DNA of 64,000 nucleotides, the filler included, from Porpidia crustulata (taxonomy: Eukaryota): the NCBI GenBank assembly GCA_964255105.1. It is 18 parts of 18 records of this genome, joined end to end, with 100 filler letters (N's around TTAATTAATTAA, not from the genome) between each part and the next. Parts side by side here need not be neighbours in the genome. Positions count along the whole stretch, not along the records: positions 61,873 to 64,000 come from CAXUWE010002444.1; 17 more parts are not named here. One strand, given 5' to 3'. Shown piece after piece: positions 63,358 to 64,000 of this stretch. Below the pieces are notes generated by a model. It was not told the origin of the DNA. It was given only the letters and a program-made list of their open reading frames with translations, and did no database searches. The position numbers and the translations under genes are program-made. The first letter of the stretch is position 1. Every line of letters starts with the position of its first letter.

Positions 63358-64000
63358 TTTGTGTGCCAGCAACGAAGATCCGCGCCAAGACGTGCGACTT
63401 CCTATTCAATAATCCCCATACAATCTAAAAATATTTCGTCTGCGCAGCTCCTAGTAACGACCACGGCTTCTCCTTCCTGACGATCAATTCACCCTCATGC
63501 TCGCCAACTTCCACAACCTTTGGCCTCTGCCTACTCCAGTCCACCGAGTACACGGTCTAACTCTCCATACGACCCTGGCGGCTTTCCCTTCCGTATTCGC
63601 GTCAACACGATCTAGGGTCTCGGCGTCACTTTCTCCTTTCTCGCAGCTAGCTCCTGCACCATTGAATCGCACCTGGAAAATACACAATGTCTACCATGCG
63701 CGCTCTAGGAGATCTAGGAGAGAGAAAAGGCCACATCATGCACGCTTGTATGCAACGTCATGTACCGGACTTTCTGCCTCGGGGTTTTTTTAATGTATTT
63801 AGCCTAATGCGAGTTACATCATGAAAAGAACTCATTCGTGTGATTCGAATGTTCCAGCATCGTGTGAGACGTGTGTTTGGGTCCAGGTGGTTCGCAATGA
63901 CAACCCACAGTTTGTCTCAAATACACCCTCATCTGCCCCCATATCCCAACCCCCCCACATACCCCAAACACAACTCACATATCCCAACCCCAACAACTAA

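Overview
Eukaryotic DNA from a filamentous ascomycete (Pezizomycotina-type GT-AG introns with CTRAC/CTAAT branch sites, HET domains, a PTH11-like receptor). The window is not a contiguous locus. It is 18 short contigs joined by 17 identical artificial 100-nt linkers (N44-TTAATTAATTAA-N44, stops in all six frames). The complete contigs fall steadily from 3582 to 3479 bp, so the scaffold is length-sorted and adjacency across linkers means nothing. Housekeeping genes: eIF2B-gamma (GCD1), 14-3-3, NOC2, CCR4, dynactin p62, IPI3, SER2, UTP17/NAN1 and RPB10 (missed by the ORF track). Metabolic and transport genes: class-III aminotransferase, AIM6-like protein, kynurenine 3-monooxygenase-like flavoprotein, O-methyltransferase and two MFS transporters. 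Accessory genes: two HET-domain genes (one with a disrupted C-terminus), a PTH11-like receptor, a secreted SnoaL-like protein and several hypotheticals. Many genes are cut by contig ends. I found no convincing multi-gene novel system. The best leads are a putative family of TA-flanked MITE-like elements carrying TTAGGG repeats, a degenerate LOV/PAS-like protein, an AT-hook plus PD-(D/E)xK-like protein, and a long structured intron in GCD1. All protein assignments come from motif recognition; no database searches were run.
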